NCBI RefSeq assembly: GCF_009914755.1
Contig: NC_060929.1
Length of the DNA stretch: 64,000 nucleotides
Direction: 5' to 3' (one strand)
Source: the human T2T-CHM13v2.0 reference genome, Homo sapiens
This document shows positions 32,111 through 44,998 of this stretch, piece after piece. The translations under genes and the position numbers were made by a program. The notes beneath the pieces were generated by a model that saw only the letters and a program-made list of their open reading frames with translations, was not told the DNA's origin and did not search any database. Position 1 is the stretch's first letter. Every line of letters begins with the position of its first letter.

Positions 32111-32649
32111 ATATCCTTCAGCCAAATAAAACAAAAATCTTCACTCAGGAAAATTTTTTTATAGTAGCTATTGATAACAACTCTGGTCTGAACTTTATTT
32201 TTCTGTTAGTTCATTATTTTTGTGCTATTTATTGCTGGATAAATCTCAGCTGATGTTTAGCATCTTTGTTTTATCCATGGAGACTCCTTAGCTACCTGCT
32301 TCTCTTGAGCATCTGGAAATCCTGGGTATTATTTGGGACCTGGGTTTACAGAATTTCTCGTATCATGCCTTGAACATACGAAATTAAACTCCTACCCACA
32401 CTCTAGCCTTCTTTCCCACTCCTCCCTCCACCAACTACCCACGCCCATAAGGTTAGTTATTTTCCTTTGCTCAGTTGACAGCTTGGCTAAAAATGAAAAG
32501 AAAAATTCCACTGCTTGTAGCTACTAGCCAAGAGAGAAAGACAAAAAACACCCAATTATCTGGAACTAAGGTAATTTTTTTTCTGTGTTTATTATAGATA
32601 TGTCCTTACTCCCATTTCAGTGTTGGAATAACTATGCTTCTGCAATTGA

Positions 32650-32975
32650 CTGCCAGATATTATTTTTTGGAAGCCTTTAAATATTTCTGGTTTTCTTCCT
32701 TCCAGGCCCGTGATAGGATTGTGTTTCTTGGCCACGTTGTGGTTGAGTGGGTTCTGGCTAATGAGTTGTGAAAAGTGATGCATGTCACATTTAGCTGTTG
32801 ATGTGAGACCATTGGAATTCCTTTCATCCTCTGCAAAGTGACCTGCAATGTAAGAGATGGTGGCTCCTTTATCAGCCTGAGTTCCTCAGTGATGATGATA
32901 AGCAGCTTCTCTGTCTATCTGTGGCTGGACATATAGTCTGAGTAAAAAATTGATCTTTTTTGTTTTAAGCCATGA
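32650..32975 (+). mobile_element. Old MaLR LTR (MLT1I/J-like)
   Basis: ttctggctaatgagttgtgaaaagtgatgcatgtcac...tttgttttaagccatgaaa. Confidence 0.55.
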
Positions 32976-33366
32976 AAACTTTCTTCCACAAAAAGGAGGG
33001 TATTTGTGGGAATAGATGTTATGCTTCTATAAAAATATTTTAAAATGTGGATATTTTAAGAACTAAAATCGTAGAGAAAATTTATAGTTACACCTTAAAA
33101 TTTTTTTAAAGGATGTAGTGTGGTAAAGCAGAAAGCACATTGCCTTTTGTGTGACATTAGGGTCAAGTCAGCTTTGCCACCCCAAAGTCAAGGCAGGTAA
33201 CTCTCTGAGCTCAGTTGCCTCAGCTGAAAGGGATATGCCTATGTCTGCACTGCTGTAATTTTTAAGTGAGACCATATATGAAATGCCTAGCATGAGAATA
33301 ATAGTAAGTAACATTTGTTTAGTGCTTGATGCATGCTAGGCACTGGTCTAAACCCTTTATACATAT

Positions 33367-33741
33367 TGCTATGGACTTAGTTGTCCCCCTGCCTCAAAAT
33401 TTGTATATTGAAGGCTTAACCCCAGTGTGAATATATTTGGAGATTGTGGTCTTTGGGAGGTAATTAGGGTTAGATGACATCATGAGGGTGTGGCTCCTCT
33501 GTTGAGATTGGTGGCTTTATAACAAGAGGAAGAGAGAGAGAGACCACTCTCTCTCCACAATGTGAAGACACAATGAGAAGGTGGCCATCTGTAAGGCAGA
33601 AAGAGAGCCCTTACCAGAAACCAAATCTTGCCAGAACTTTAACCTTGGACTCTAACCTCCAGAAGTGTGAGAAAATAAATTTCTGTTGTTTAAGCCACCC
33701 AGTCTATGGTGTTTTGTTATAGCAGTCTGAGCAGAGTAATA
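33367..33741 (+). mobile_element. MaLR LTR (MLT1A-like) inserted into a MIR (MIR halves ~33300-33366 and ~33742-33910)
   Basis: Starts tgctatggact; aaataaatttctgttgtttaagccacccagtctatggtgttttgttatagcag near the end; MIR sequence continues across the insertion. Confidence 0.85.
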
Positions 33742-33959
33742 TTATTTAATCCATTTTTTCATCACAACCCTCTGAAGTAATTTCTATTATTATCTTCTCT
33801 CTACAGATAAATAAACTGAGGTATGGAGAGGAAAGTTATTTGTGCAGGGTCACACAGTGATTCCAACCCAGGCAGCCAGTCTTTAAGCCCATTCTCTTCA
33901 CCATTGTGCAATACATGAGAACACAAGTATAAATTTCCAGTTACAAGCTGTTAGTAGAG

Positions 33960-34310
33960 TAATGCACACTTATTAGGGGGAGACACATTCCAAGACCCCC
34001 AAGGATGCCTGGAACCTCTGTAGTACTGAATCCTACATATACTATGTTTTCTCCTACACATACATCCCTATGATAAAGTTTAATTTTTAAATTAGGCACA
34101 GTAAAAGATGAACAGCAAATAATGAATTACAAAATAGACCGCATAACAATATACTGCAATACTGCAATAAAATTATGTGAATGTGATCTTTCTCTCTCTC
34201 TCTCTCTCTCAAAATATCTTATTGTACTGTACTCACCTATTTTTGGACCTCAATTGACTGAGGGTAACTGGAACCTTGGAAAGCGAAACCATGAATAAGG
34301 AAGGACTAGT
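33960..34310 (+). mobile_element. MER44A-like (TcMar-Tigger) MITE
   Basis: ttccaagacccccaaggatgcctggaacc...tatgataaagtttaattt...ctctctcaaaatatcttattgtactgtactcacc...gaaagcgaaaccatgaataagg. Confidence 0.8.
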
Positions 34311-35469
34311 GTCCCGAAAAACTCACTATCCAGGAGGATAGTGGACAGCTCAGGGAGTGGTCCTCACATTTCATGTTGCGGCTCCTCATAGGTACAGGGT
34401 GTAGTGCAGCTGGTATAGTCATTTGGTTTGCTCATTTATAATTATAGGGTAGAAAACAACGCTTGTATTGTGTTTGAGCCTGGAGAATGGGCCTCTATTT
34501 GGGAATGTGAGGTGGGGAGACAGATACCCAGAAAACGTAATTAGGCTTCCTAAATATAAGATAGACTAGAAGAGTCTGAATGTGGGCTCTTTGTGCCCTG
34601 GTGTGAGTAGCTGCAGAACAACTCCTAGCAATGATGCTCATGATCTTGAAGTCAAAATTCTGAGGAAAGTGAAATTTTGTACTCAAAAGGTTCCAAGCCT
34701 ATGGGGTAATTGTGCATTCAGTGATCCTCTCATCCTATCTCTAAATGCAAAGTCGGTCTTCGTGTGGACATGATGCTAATGTCACTCTGTTTCCTCTGCA
34801 TACAGATAGAGCATGCAGAGGACCCAGATGTATTTGTTGTGACTTAAGGACAAGGCTTCAGTAGGAGATTATATTAATCACCAACTCATAGGCCTGTAAA
34901 CTTGAGTTCTATGTAGTTAAGTATACAGTATTTTTCATAAACACTAAATTAATTGCAAACGTTTTTTTATTGTCATCATTTTGGAGAGATTTATCTTTCA
35001 AAGCAAAGAATTATCTCTAACTCATAAATTTGGTCCATGCTTCACTTAGAGGAGTGTTTGTTTTTCTAACTCTAATCCTCAGAAATCAGCCATGAGGTTC
35101 CCAAATATTTCAATCTTGTTAATGACTCGCTTTCAATTCAAATCCCACTTCTCAATATCTCTTTGAAATAGTTGAGAAGCCCTGTCATTTTTCAATTATT
35201 CCTAGTATGGTAAGAGGATTTGAAGTTATCTGTTAATGAGCCCTGTTCCCCTCTGGTCCTTCCCTACAGCAATTCTCCATAGCAGGGAGGAGGTTGATAC
35301 ATGGCTCTAGATTTGGGGAAGGAGGGTGGACTAAGCAAGTTTGAGATAATGTTAAGACTGAAATAGAGGGTCTTTTGGTCACAAGCATGCTACCCTCAAT
35401 TCAGTTCTCTAAGGGTAGGTTGATATTTGATGTTCAATGTTAGAAAGAATATAAAAATATGGGCAAGAC

Positions 35470-35730
35470 AGCCCCCATTTACTTAGCACTCACAATGTAC
35501 AAGCCATTGTTTACCAATCACATCTTATCATTAAATCCTTACAATAACACCATGAATAAGTATTACAGTAATCACCATTTAAAGGTGAGCAAATGGAAGC
35601 TTAGAGGGGTTAATAACTTGCTTACTTGAGACATAAGGTTGCAAAGCTGGTTAGTAGCATTGCTAGGATTTGAACCTGAGTGTGTCTGAGCCCAAAACCT
35701 TAGTTTTTAGCCCCGTGCAATGCTCCATCA
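35470..35730. mobile_element. MIR
   Basis: catttacttagcactcacaatg...aatccttacaataacac...aggatttgaacctgag. Confidence 0.65.
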
Positions 35731-35891
35731 CCTAAACAGAGAATATTGGGGAGAATCAGAGCAGGGAGTGAGAAAAAAGCATTTTCTTACTTCTATACGC
35801 AAAAGACAACAAGATCCTCAGTTTTCAACATTTATTCAGCAAACATTTATTAAGCCCCCATAATATGTAGGGTGCTGTGTGAGGGGGTAGT

Positions 35892-35947
35892 GTGTTAGAG
35901 GCACAGTGTTAGGGGCACTCTGTTATGTACACTCTGTTAGGGGCACT
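35892..35947 (+). repeat. 4 x 14-bp degenerate tandem repeat
   Basis: gtgttagaggcaca / gtgttaggggcact / ctgttatgtacact / ctgttaggggcact. Confidence 0.8.
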
Positions 35948-36109
35948 GGCATCTTAAGGTGCCAACTCTATTACAACTCTCACCTATGACAAAGAGTCAG
36001 AATGTAAACAGAAAGCTCCCTTATCTAATGGAGACCAAAATGCTAAGACAGCAGTTCAAAGTTCTAAATAGTTTTTCAGACTCTCTCAAAGATTTCCTGG
36101 GGATATTTC

Positions 36110-36245
36110 AAAATTCAATTCAATTCAATTCGGTAAGTGTTAATATATTAAGGCTGACTATATGCCTAGCAGAGTGTCTGTACTGAGGATACAAAGATGA
36201 ATAAGACAACTTCCCTGCCCCTGAAGAGCTCTCAGTCTAATGGGG
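36110..36245 (-). mobile_element. L2 3' end
   Basis: (aattc)n, then ctatatgcctagc...gatacaaagatgaataagaca...gagctctcagtctaatgggg. Confidence 0.65.
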
Positions 36246-36733
36246 ACTATTTATCTGTTTCAGTTGCAAATGCAGAGATTCTGTTACACACCTAGATAGA
36301 TAAATGTATCAATGCCTCTATTCCCAATAAGGTTTGAAAAGCATTACATTAAGTGCCTACAATAAAATCCCATGGAGAGAAAAATGTAAAGTAATGAAGA
36401 AAAGGGGAAAAAGGTTAGAGTAGGAAAATTACGCCTGGAGAAATTATTAGTACATGAGACTAATATTTCTAATTAGTTTAATGTTCTGCAGAACTTTTCT
36501 TTTTTTTAATTTATTTTGCTTAAGTTCTGGGATACATGTGCTGAAAGTGCAGGTTTGTCACATAGGTATACATGTGCCATGGTGGTTTGCTGTACCCATC
36601 AACCCGTCATCTAGGTTTTAAGCCCTGCATGCATTAGGTATTTGTCCTAATGCTCTCCCTCCCCTTGCCCCCCACACCCTGACAGGCCCTGCTGTGTGAT
36701 GTTCCCCTCCCTGTGTCCATGTGTTCTCATTGT

Positions 36734-39700
36734 TCAACTCCCACTTATGAGTGAGAACATACAATGTTTGGTTTTCTGTTCCTGTGTTAGTTTGCTGAGA
36801 ATAATGGCTTCCAGCTTCATACATGTCCCTGCAAAGGACATCAACTCATTCTTTTTTTATGGCTACAAAGTATTCCATGGTGTATATGTGATACAGTTTC
36901 TTTATCCAGTCAATTATTGATGGGCATTTGGGTTGGTTCTGAGTCTTTGCTATTGTAAATAGTGCTGCAGTAAACATACATGTGAATGTGTCTTTATAGT
37001 AGAATGATTTATAATCCTTTGGGCATATACCCAGTAATGGGATTACTGGGTCAAATGGTATTTCTGCTTCTAGATCCTTGAGGAATTGCCACACTGCCTT
37101 CCACAATGGTAGAACTAATTTACACTCCCACCAACAGTGTAAAAGTGTTCCTGTTTCTCCACATCCTCTCCAGCATCTGTTGTTTCCAGACTTTTTAATG
37201 ATCGCCATTCTAACTGGTGTGAGATGGTATCTCATTGTGGTTTTGATTTGCATTTCTCTAATGACCAGTGATGATGAGCTTTTCTTCATATGTTTGTAGG
37301 ACTGCATAAATGTCTTCTTTTTAGAAGTGTCTGTTCATATCCTTTGCCCACTTTTTGATAGGGTTGTTTGATTTTTTTCTTGTAAATATGTTTAAGGTTC
37401 CTTGTAGATTCTGGATATTAGCCCTTTGTCAGATGGATAGATTGCAAAAATGTTCTCCCATTCTGTAGGTTGCCTGTTCACTCTGATGATAGTTTCTTTT
37501 GCTGTGCAGAAGCTCTTTAGTTTAATTAGATCCCATTTGTCAATTTTGGCTTCTGTTGCAATTGCTTTTGGTGTTTTAGTTATGAAGACTTTTCCCATGC
37601 CTGTGTCCTGAATGGTATTGCCTAGGTTTTCTTCTAGGGTTTTTATGGTATTAGGTTTTACATTTAAGTCTTTAATCCATCTTGAGTTAATTTTTGTATA
37701 AGGTGTAAGGAAGGGGTCTGGTTTCAGTTTTCTGCATATGACTAGCCAGTTTTCCTAGCACCATTTATTACATAGGGAATCCTTTCCCCATTGCTTGTTT
37801 TTGTCAGGTTTGTTGAAGATCAGATGGTTGTAGATGTGTGGTGTTATGTCTGAAGCCTGTGTTTTGTTCCATTGATCTGTATCTCTGTTTTGGTACCAGT
37901 AGCATGCTGTTTTGGTTACTGTAGCCTTGTAGTATAGTTTGAAGTCAGGTAGCTTGATGCCTCCAGCTTTGTTCTTTTTCTTAGGATTGTCTTGGCAATG
38001 CGGGCTCTTTTTTGGTTCCATATGAAATTTAAAGTAGCTTTTTCCAATTCTGTGAAGAAAGCCAATGGTAGCTTGATGGGGATAGCATTGAATCTATAAA
38101 TTACTTTGGGCAGTATGGCCATTTTCACAATGTTGATTCTTCCTATCCATGAGCATGGAATATTTTTTTTCCATTTGTTTGTGTCCTCTCTTATTTCCTT
38201 GAGCTGTGGTTTGTAGTTCTCCTTGAAGAGGTCCTTCATATCCCTTGTAAGTTATGTTCCTATATACTTTATATTCTTTGTAGCAATTGTGAATGGGAGT
38301 TCATTCATGATTTGGCTCTCTGCTTGTCTATTATTGGTGTATAGGAATGCTTGTGGTTTTTGCACATTGATTTTGTATCTAGAGACTTTGCTGAAGTTGT
38401 TTATCAGCTTAAGAAGTTTTTTGGCTAAGATGATGGGGTTTTCTAAATATACAATCATGTCATCTGCAAACAGAGACAATTTGACTTCCTCTCTTCCTAT
38501 TTGAATATCCTTTATTTCTTTCTCTTGTCTGATTGCCTTGGCCAGAACTTCCAATACTATGTTGAATAGGAGTGGTGAGAGAGGGCATCCTTTCTTGTGC
38601 CAGTTCTCAAAGGGAATGTTTCCAGATTTTTCCCATTCAGTATGATATTGGCTATGGGTTTGTCATAAATAGCTCTTATTATTTTGAGATATGTTCCATC
38701 AATACCTAGTATTGAGAGCTTTTGTCATGAAGGGGTGTTGAATTTTATCGAAGGCCTTTTCTGCATCTATTAAGATAATCTTGTGGTTTTTGTCATTGGT
38801 TCTGTTTATGTGATGGATTATGTTTATTGATTTGAGTATGTTGAACCAGGCTTGCATCCCAGGGATGAAGCCGACTTGATCATGTTGGATAAGCTTTTTG
38901 ATGTGCTGCTGGATTTGGTTTGCCAGTATTTTATTGAGGATTTTCACATTGATGTTCATCAAGGATATTGGCCTGAAATTTTCTTTTTTTGTTGTGTCTC
39001 TGCCATGTTTTGGAATCAGGATGATGCTGGCTTCATAAAATGAGTTAGGAAGGAGTCCCTCTTTTTCTATTGATTGGAATAGTTTCAGAAGAAATGGTAC
39101 CAGCTCCTCTTTGTACCTCTGGTAGAATTTGGCTCTGAATCCATTTGGTCCTGGGCTTTTTTTTGGTTGGTAGGCTATAAATTACTGCCTCAATTTCAGA
39201 ACTTGTTATTGGTTTATTCAGGGATTCGACTTCTTCCTGGTGTATTCTTGGGAGGGGGAATGTTTTGGGGAATGTATCCATTTCTTCTAGATTTTCTAGT
39301 TTATTTGCATAGAGGTGTTTAGAGTATTCTCTGATGGTAGTTTGTATTTCTGTGGGATCTGTGGTGATATCCCCTTTATCATTTTTTATTGCATCTATTT
39401 GATGCTTCTCTCTTTTCTTCTTTATTTGTCTGGCTATCTGTCTATCTGTTTTGTTAATCTTTTCAAGAAACCAGCTCTGGGATTCACTGATTTTTTTGAA
39501 GGGTTTTTTTTTTGTGTCTCTATCTCCTTCAATTCTGCTTTGATCTTAGTTATTTCTTGTCTTCTACTAGCTTTCCAATTTGTTTGATCTTGCTTCTCTA
39601 GTTCTTTTAATTGTAATGTTAGGGTGTCAATTTTGGATCTTTCCCACTTTCTCTTGTGGGCATTTAGTGCTATAAATTTCTCTCTACACACTGCTTTAAA

Positions 39701-40564
39701 TGTGTCCCAGAGATTCTGGTATGTTGTGTCTTTGTTCTCATTGGTTTCAAAGAACTTTGTTATTTCTGCCTTAATTTCATAATTTACCTAGTAGTCATTC
39801 AGGAGCAGGTTGTTCAGTTTCCATGTAGTAGTGTGGTTTTGGGTGAGTTTCTTAATCCTGAGTTCTAATTTGATTGCACTGTGGTCTGAGAGACTGTTAT
39901 GATTTCCATTCTTTTGCATTTGCTGACGAGTGTTTTACTACCAATTATGTGGTCAACTTTAGAATAAGTGCTATGTGGTGCTGAAAAGAATGTATATTCT
40001 GTTGATTTGGGGTGGAGAGTTCTGTAGATGTCTATTAGGTCTGCTTGGTCCAGAGCTGAGTTCAAGTCCTGAATATTATTGTTAATTTTCTGTCTTGTTG
40101 GTCTGTCTAATATTGACAGTGGGGTGCTAAAGTCTCCCACTATTATTGTGTGGGAGTCTAAGTCTCTTTGTTGGTATCTAAAAATTGTTTTATGAATCTG
40201 GGTGCTTCCTTATGGGGTGCATATATATTTAGGATAGTTAGCTCTTCTTGTTGCATTGATCCCTTTACCATTATGTAATGCCCTTCTTTGTCTTTTTTTA
40301 TCTTCGTTGGTTTAAAGTCTGTTTTATCAGAGACTAGGATTGCGACCTCTGCTTTTTTTTGCTGTCCATTTGCTTGATAAATCTTCCTCCATCCTGTATT
40401 TTGAGCCTATGCGTGTCTTTGCACGTGAGATAGGTCTCCTGAAAACAGCACAGCAATGAGTCTTGTCTCTTTGTCCAATTTGGGAGTCTGTGTCTTTTAA
40501 TTGGGGCATTTAGCCCATTTACATTTAAGGTTAATATTGTTATGTGTGAATTTGATCCTGTCAT
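36734..40564 (-). pseudogene. L1PA8 ORF2p, fragmented
   Basis: Minus-strand fragments MTGSNSHITILTLNVNGLN (40334-40567), MGDFSTPLS (39865-40140), LFADDMIVY (38252-38554), HCWWECK (36846-37307); many stops and frameshifts. Confidence 0.92.
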
Positions 40565-40627
40565 CATGATGCTAGCTGGTTATTTTGCACATTAGTTGAA
40601 GTAGTTTCTTCATAGTGTCATTGGTCT

Positions 40628-41635
40628 TTATATTTTGGTGTGTTTTGGCAGTGGCTGGTACTGTTTTTTCCTTTCCATATTTAGTGCTTCCTTGAGAAGC
40701 TCTTGTAAGGCAGGTCTGATGGTGACAAAATCCCTCAGCATTTTCTTGTTTGTAGGATTTTATTTCTCCTTCACTTATGAAGCTTAGTTTGGTTGGATAT
40801 GAAATTCTGAGTTGAAAATTCTTTAAGAATGTTGAATATTGGCTCCTACTCTCTTCTGGCATGTAGGGTTTCTGCTGAGAGATCTGCTGTTATTCTGATG
40901 GGTTTCCCTTTGTGGGTAACCCAACCTTTCTCTCTGGCTGCCCTTAACATTTTTTCCTTCATTTCAACCTTGGAGAATCTGAAGATTATGTGTCTTGGGG
41001 TTGCTCTTCTTGAGGAGTATCCTAGTGGTGTTCTCTGTATTTCCTGAATTTGAAAGTTGACTTGTCTTGCTAGTTTGGGGAAGTTCTCCTGGATAATATC
41101 CTGAAGTGTGTTTTCCAACTTGGTTCCATTCTCCCCATCACTTTTGGGGACCCCAATCAATTGTAGGTTTGGTCTTTTCACATAGCCCCATGTTTCTTGG
41201 AGGCTTTTTTCATTCTTTTTTCTCTAATCTTGTCTCATGCTGTATTTCAGTAAGTTGATCTTCAATCTCTGATATCCTTTATTCTGCTTGATTGATTTGG
41301 CTATTGATACTTGTGTATGCTTCACGAAGTTATCGTGCTGTGTTTTTCAGCTCCATCAGGTCATTTATATTCTTTTCTAAACTGGTTATTCTATTTAGCA
41401 GTTCCTGTAACCTTTTTTCAAGGTTCTTAGCTTCCTTGCATTGGGTTAGAACATGCTCCTTTAGCTCAGAGGAGTTTGTTATTACCTACCTTCTGAAGCC
41501 TACTTGTGTCAATTTGTCAAACTCTTTCTCTGTCCAGTTTTGTTCCCTTGCTGGCAACGAGTTGTGATCCTTTGGAGGAGAAGAGGTGTTTTGGTTTTTG
41601 GAATTTTCAGCATTTTTGCACTGGTTTTTCCTCAT
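40628..41635 (-). pseudogene. L1PA8 ORF1p, fragmented
   Basis: MRKNQCKNAENSKNQ (within 41486-41776) and KRPNLQLIGVPKSDGENG..KGKPIRITADLSAETL (40846-41181). Confidence 0.9.
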
Positions 41636-43478
41636 CTTCATGGATTTACTTTGGATGGGGTTTTGTTTGGGGGCATTTTTTGTTGATGTTAATGTTATTG
41701 CTTTCTGTTTGTTTGTCTTTCTTCTAACAATCAGGTCCCTCTTCTGCAGGTTTGTGGCAGTTTGCTGGAGGTCCACTGCACCCTATTTTCTTAGCCACCA
41801 GCCAAGGCCATGGAACAGCAAAGATTGCTGCCTGCTCTTTCGTCTGGGAGGTTCCTTCCAGTGGGGCACTAATCTGCTGCCAGCTGGAGCTCCCCTGTAT
41901 GAGGTGTCTGTCAGTCCCCATTGGGAGGTCTCTCCAGGTCAGGAGGCATGGGGGTTAGGGACCCACTTGAGGAGGCAGTCTGTCTCTTAGCAGAGCTCCA
42001 GTGCTGTGCTGGGGGAACCCTCCTTGTCAGGATCTGCTGCTCTCTTCAGAGCTAGCAGGCAGGGACGTTTAAGTCTGCTGAAGCTGCGCCTTCCCCCAGG
42101 TGATCTGTCCCAGGGAGATGGGAGTGTTATCTATAAGCCCCTGACTGGGGCTGCTGCCTTTCTTTCAGAGATGCCCTGCCTAGAGAGAAGGAATCTAGAT
42201 AGGCAGTCTGGCCACAGCCACTTTGCCACACTGTGTTGAGTTCCACTCAGTCCAAACTTCCAGGTCTCCTTAGCAGTTTCAGAGGAAAACCACCTACTCA
42301 AGCCTCAGTAATGGCGGACGCCCCTCCCCCCATCAAGCTCAATCATCCCAGGTCAACTGCAGACTGTTGTGCTGGCAGTGAGAATTTAAAGCCAGTAGTT
42401 CTTAGCTTGCCGGGCTCTGTGGGAATGGGACCCACTGAGCAAGACCACTTGGCTCCCTGGCTTCAGCCCTCTTTCCAGGGGAGTGAACGGTTCTGTCTCG
42501 CTGGGGTTCCAGGCACCACTGGGGCATGAAACAAACAAACAAACAAACAAACTCGTGCAGCTAACTTGGTGTCTGCCCAAACAGCTGCCCAGTTTTTTGC
42601 TTGAAATCCAGGGCCCCAGTGGTGTAGGCACATGAATCACCTGGTCTCCAGATTGCAAAAACCATGGGGAAAGCATAGTATCTTGGCCAGATAGCACAGT
42701 CCCTCACGGCTTCCCTTGGCTGGGAAAGGGAGGCCTCCCTGCTCCTTGCACTTCCCGGGTGAGACAATGCCTCACCATGCTTCTGCTAGCCCTCTGTGGG
42801 CTGCACCCACTGCCTAACCAGTCCCAGTGAGATGAACAGAGTACCTCAGTTGGAAATGCAGAAATCACCCTCCTTCTGCATTGGTCTCTCTGGGAGCTGC
42901 AGACCAGAGCTGTTCCTATTCAGCCATCTTGCCTCCCTCTTCTGCAGAACTTTTCATGGTCAGCTGTTTGGCTTGATCTTAAGCTTCCTGGCTGTCTAAG
43001 CACAAAGGGAAATAGGATCAGTTACAATGCTCAGAATATCCACAGAAACATATCTGTTGCTTAGAAGCAGCATACATTTTTCCTGGCATTAAAACCTGAG
43101 GAAAATTTTGGCTCTGAGTTTTCCTAAAGGAGAACCATGTGAAATAGTGACTCATTCTCAACATCACAGCACATTTCAATAATAAGCACAATAGAAATTT
43201 GCAAATGGTGGTTTATTAGCCCACCAGCCAAGTTAATAATGCCAAAGTGAAATTCTGAAAATAAACATCTGCAAGGACCATAGTGGTAAGTCCAAGGGCC
43301 CAAGTGCCTATTTCTCTGGCTTAAGCTGGAGCTAGAAATTCACCTGTAGTCTGGGAGATGATCTGTCTTAAATTACAAGCTCCTAAAGGAAAGAGTAGTT
43401 GTGAGATGCTTTGCTGCTTTACTTAACCTTAAGTGCTTATGGCAGTTTAATCACCTGTCCGCCTTATGCCAGTGATTG

Positions 43479-43488
43479 CTCTCTCTCC

Positions 43489-43546
<58 letters not shown>
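43479..43546 (+). repeat. Compound (CT)n(GT)n microsatellite
   Basis: About 12 CT units followed by about 21 TG units. Confidence 0.97.
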
Positions 43547-43552
<6 letters not shown>

Positions 43553-43559
43553 TGTTTTG

Positions 43560-43790
43560 TTATTACATGTGTTGGAGTGAGACAGATTGGGGTTTGTCTC
43601 TGCTCTGTTACCTAAGTTGTGTTACCTTGGGCAATTTGCTTATCCTCCCTAAGCTTTAGTTTTTATTGTCTGTGGATTTGGGAGAGTAATATCTGCTTCA
43701 TAAGTTTATTGGGAAAAACAGGTGAGGTAGTATACACAAGCACAAAGCTCTGTGCTCAGGGTAAAGCACTTGTTTAACAGTAGCTATTAA
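43560..43790. mobile_element. MIR
   Basis: ttggagtgagacagattgggg...tgtgttaccttgggcaatttgcttatcctc..tagttttattgtctgt. Confidence 0.65.
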
Positions 43791-44953
43791 GGTGATGAAA
43801 CTACTGTAATATTGGTAAAAATGTTACTGGCTTTTAAATTGCAGAGGGAGTCTCCCTTTTCCCTTTATGATTTTAATAACATCAAAAACTTTTATTATGC
43901 TAGTAAATTTTGCTAGATTCTATTCCTACTAGGAATTCAGTATAGCACTTATAATGCTTTATTTAATTTTGAATAATTTTTAAATATAATCCTAAAGCTT
44001 TTTTGGCTACTAGCCAAGACAAACACATGAGCATCCCAGATTTATAAAAGAAAATGCAAAACAAAATGAAACAAAACAAAAGCAGTTTAGCCTCACCAGG
44101 CTTTCCCAAGACTCTAGGCTAGTATCCGATAGGAAAATAGCATACATAGCTTAAAGAAATATACTGGAGAGTTGTACGGCTGTATGTCTAATTTTAATTA
44201 AAATTAAGAATTTCAGAAGGAGTGCTTTAGTTAATGCTCTTGGTTAATAGACAAGTGCTAATTTGCATATCTGGACAATGCATATTGAAAGCAGGTGATA
44301 AAGGCTTGTAATATTAAGGCTTAGAAAACAAATTGCTGGCTGACCTAGGACTGCATGTTCAACGTGTGTCAAGTCCACATGTCCATGTGCCTCCCAAAAT
44401 GGCCTATACCTCTTTAAATGCTCATGGGTATAAATGTGTGCTCTTGATATTTTTCTTACCTTGAGGTCTTTCTTTTCTTTTCTCTTACATTATAGGTCTT
44501 TTGGGCAGCTTCCCTCAGGTTTGGTGACTCAAGGGCCAACTGAGCCTCTGACCCCACTCCAAGTCAATTCTCCGGGGACAATTTCCTCAGTAGACACAGA
44601 GAGATGTGGTTGAGCATTACAAATCTTTTGTTGAGTTTCACTGGAAATAGGAACGATTTGAATTCCAACAACTATTTATTAAAAATCAGATCTCTGTGAA
44701 TTAGAGCATGTAGTTACGATCTGAATGTTGCCTGAATGGCAGGTGGCATTGCATAGGGTCACACTGTCCCAGGCTTATTACATAGTTCAGTTTGGATGGT
44801 GGACTAGAGAACATCTCATTAAGTGTGCAAATTAGATGATGTTAAGTGGCTTGAGTATATGGGAGAAAAAGATTGAATTTTAAAGTAATCTTACAGAATG
44901 AATCACACATAAATAGAGGAAGGTTAGACATGATTATGCATTTAGTATAAGCA

Positions 44954-44998
44954 GAGAGAGAGAGGGAGAGACAGAGACAGAGACAGAGTGAGCGAGAG
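44954..44998 (+). repeat. GA/GACA-rich low-complexity tract
   Basis: gagagagagagggagagacagagacagagacagagtgagcgagag. Confidence 0.85.

Larger units (their letters stand above)
36500..42939 (-). mobile_element. Full-length LINE-1, L1PA8-type, decayed
   Basis: Perfect 16-bp TSD ttctgcagaacttttc at 36484-36499 and 42940-42955. 3'UTR ctaggttttaagccctgcatgcattaggtatttgtcctaatgctctcc; 5' end reads gagggaggcaagatggctgaataggaacagctc on the minus strand. Confidence 0.95.

Noticed and set aside
32500-32576. Possible small exon (cttgtag...aag/gtaatt) and other isolated splice-like sites
   Set aside because: Such signals are frequent by chance; no coherent exon chain or coding signal without transcript data.
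34792-34822. 10-bp stem tcctctgcat/atgcagagga with an 11-nt loop
   Set aside because: Roughly one such stem is expected by chance once loop length is allowed to vary.
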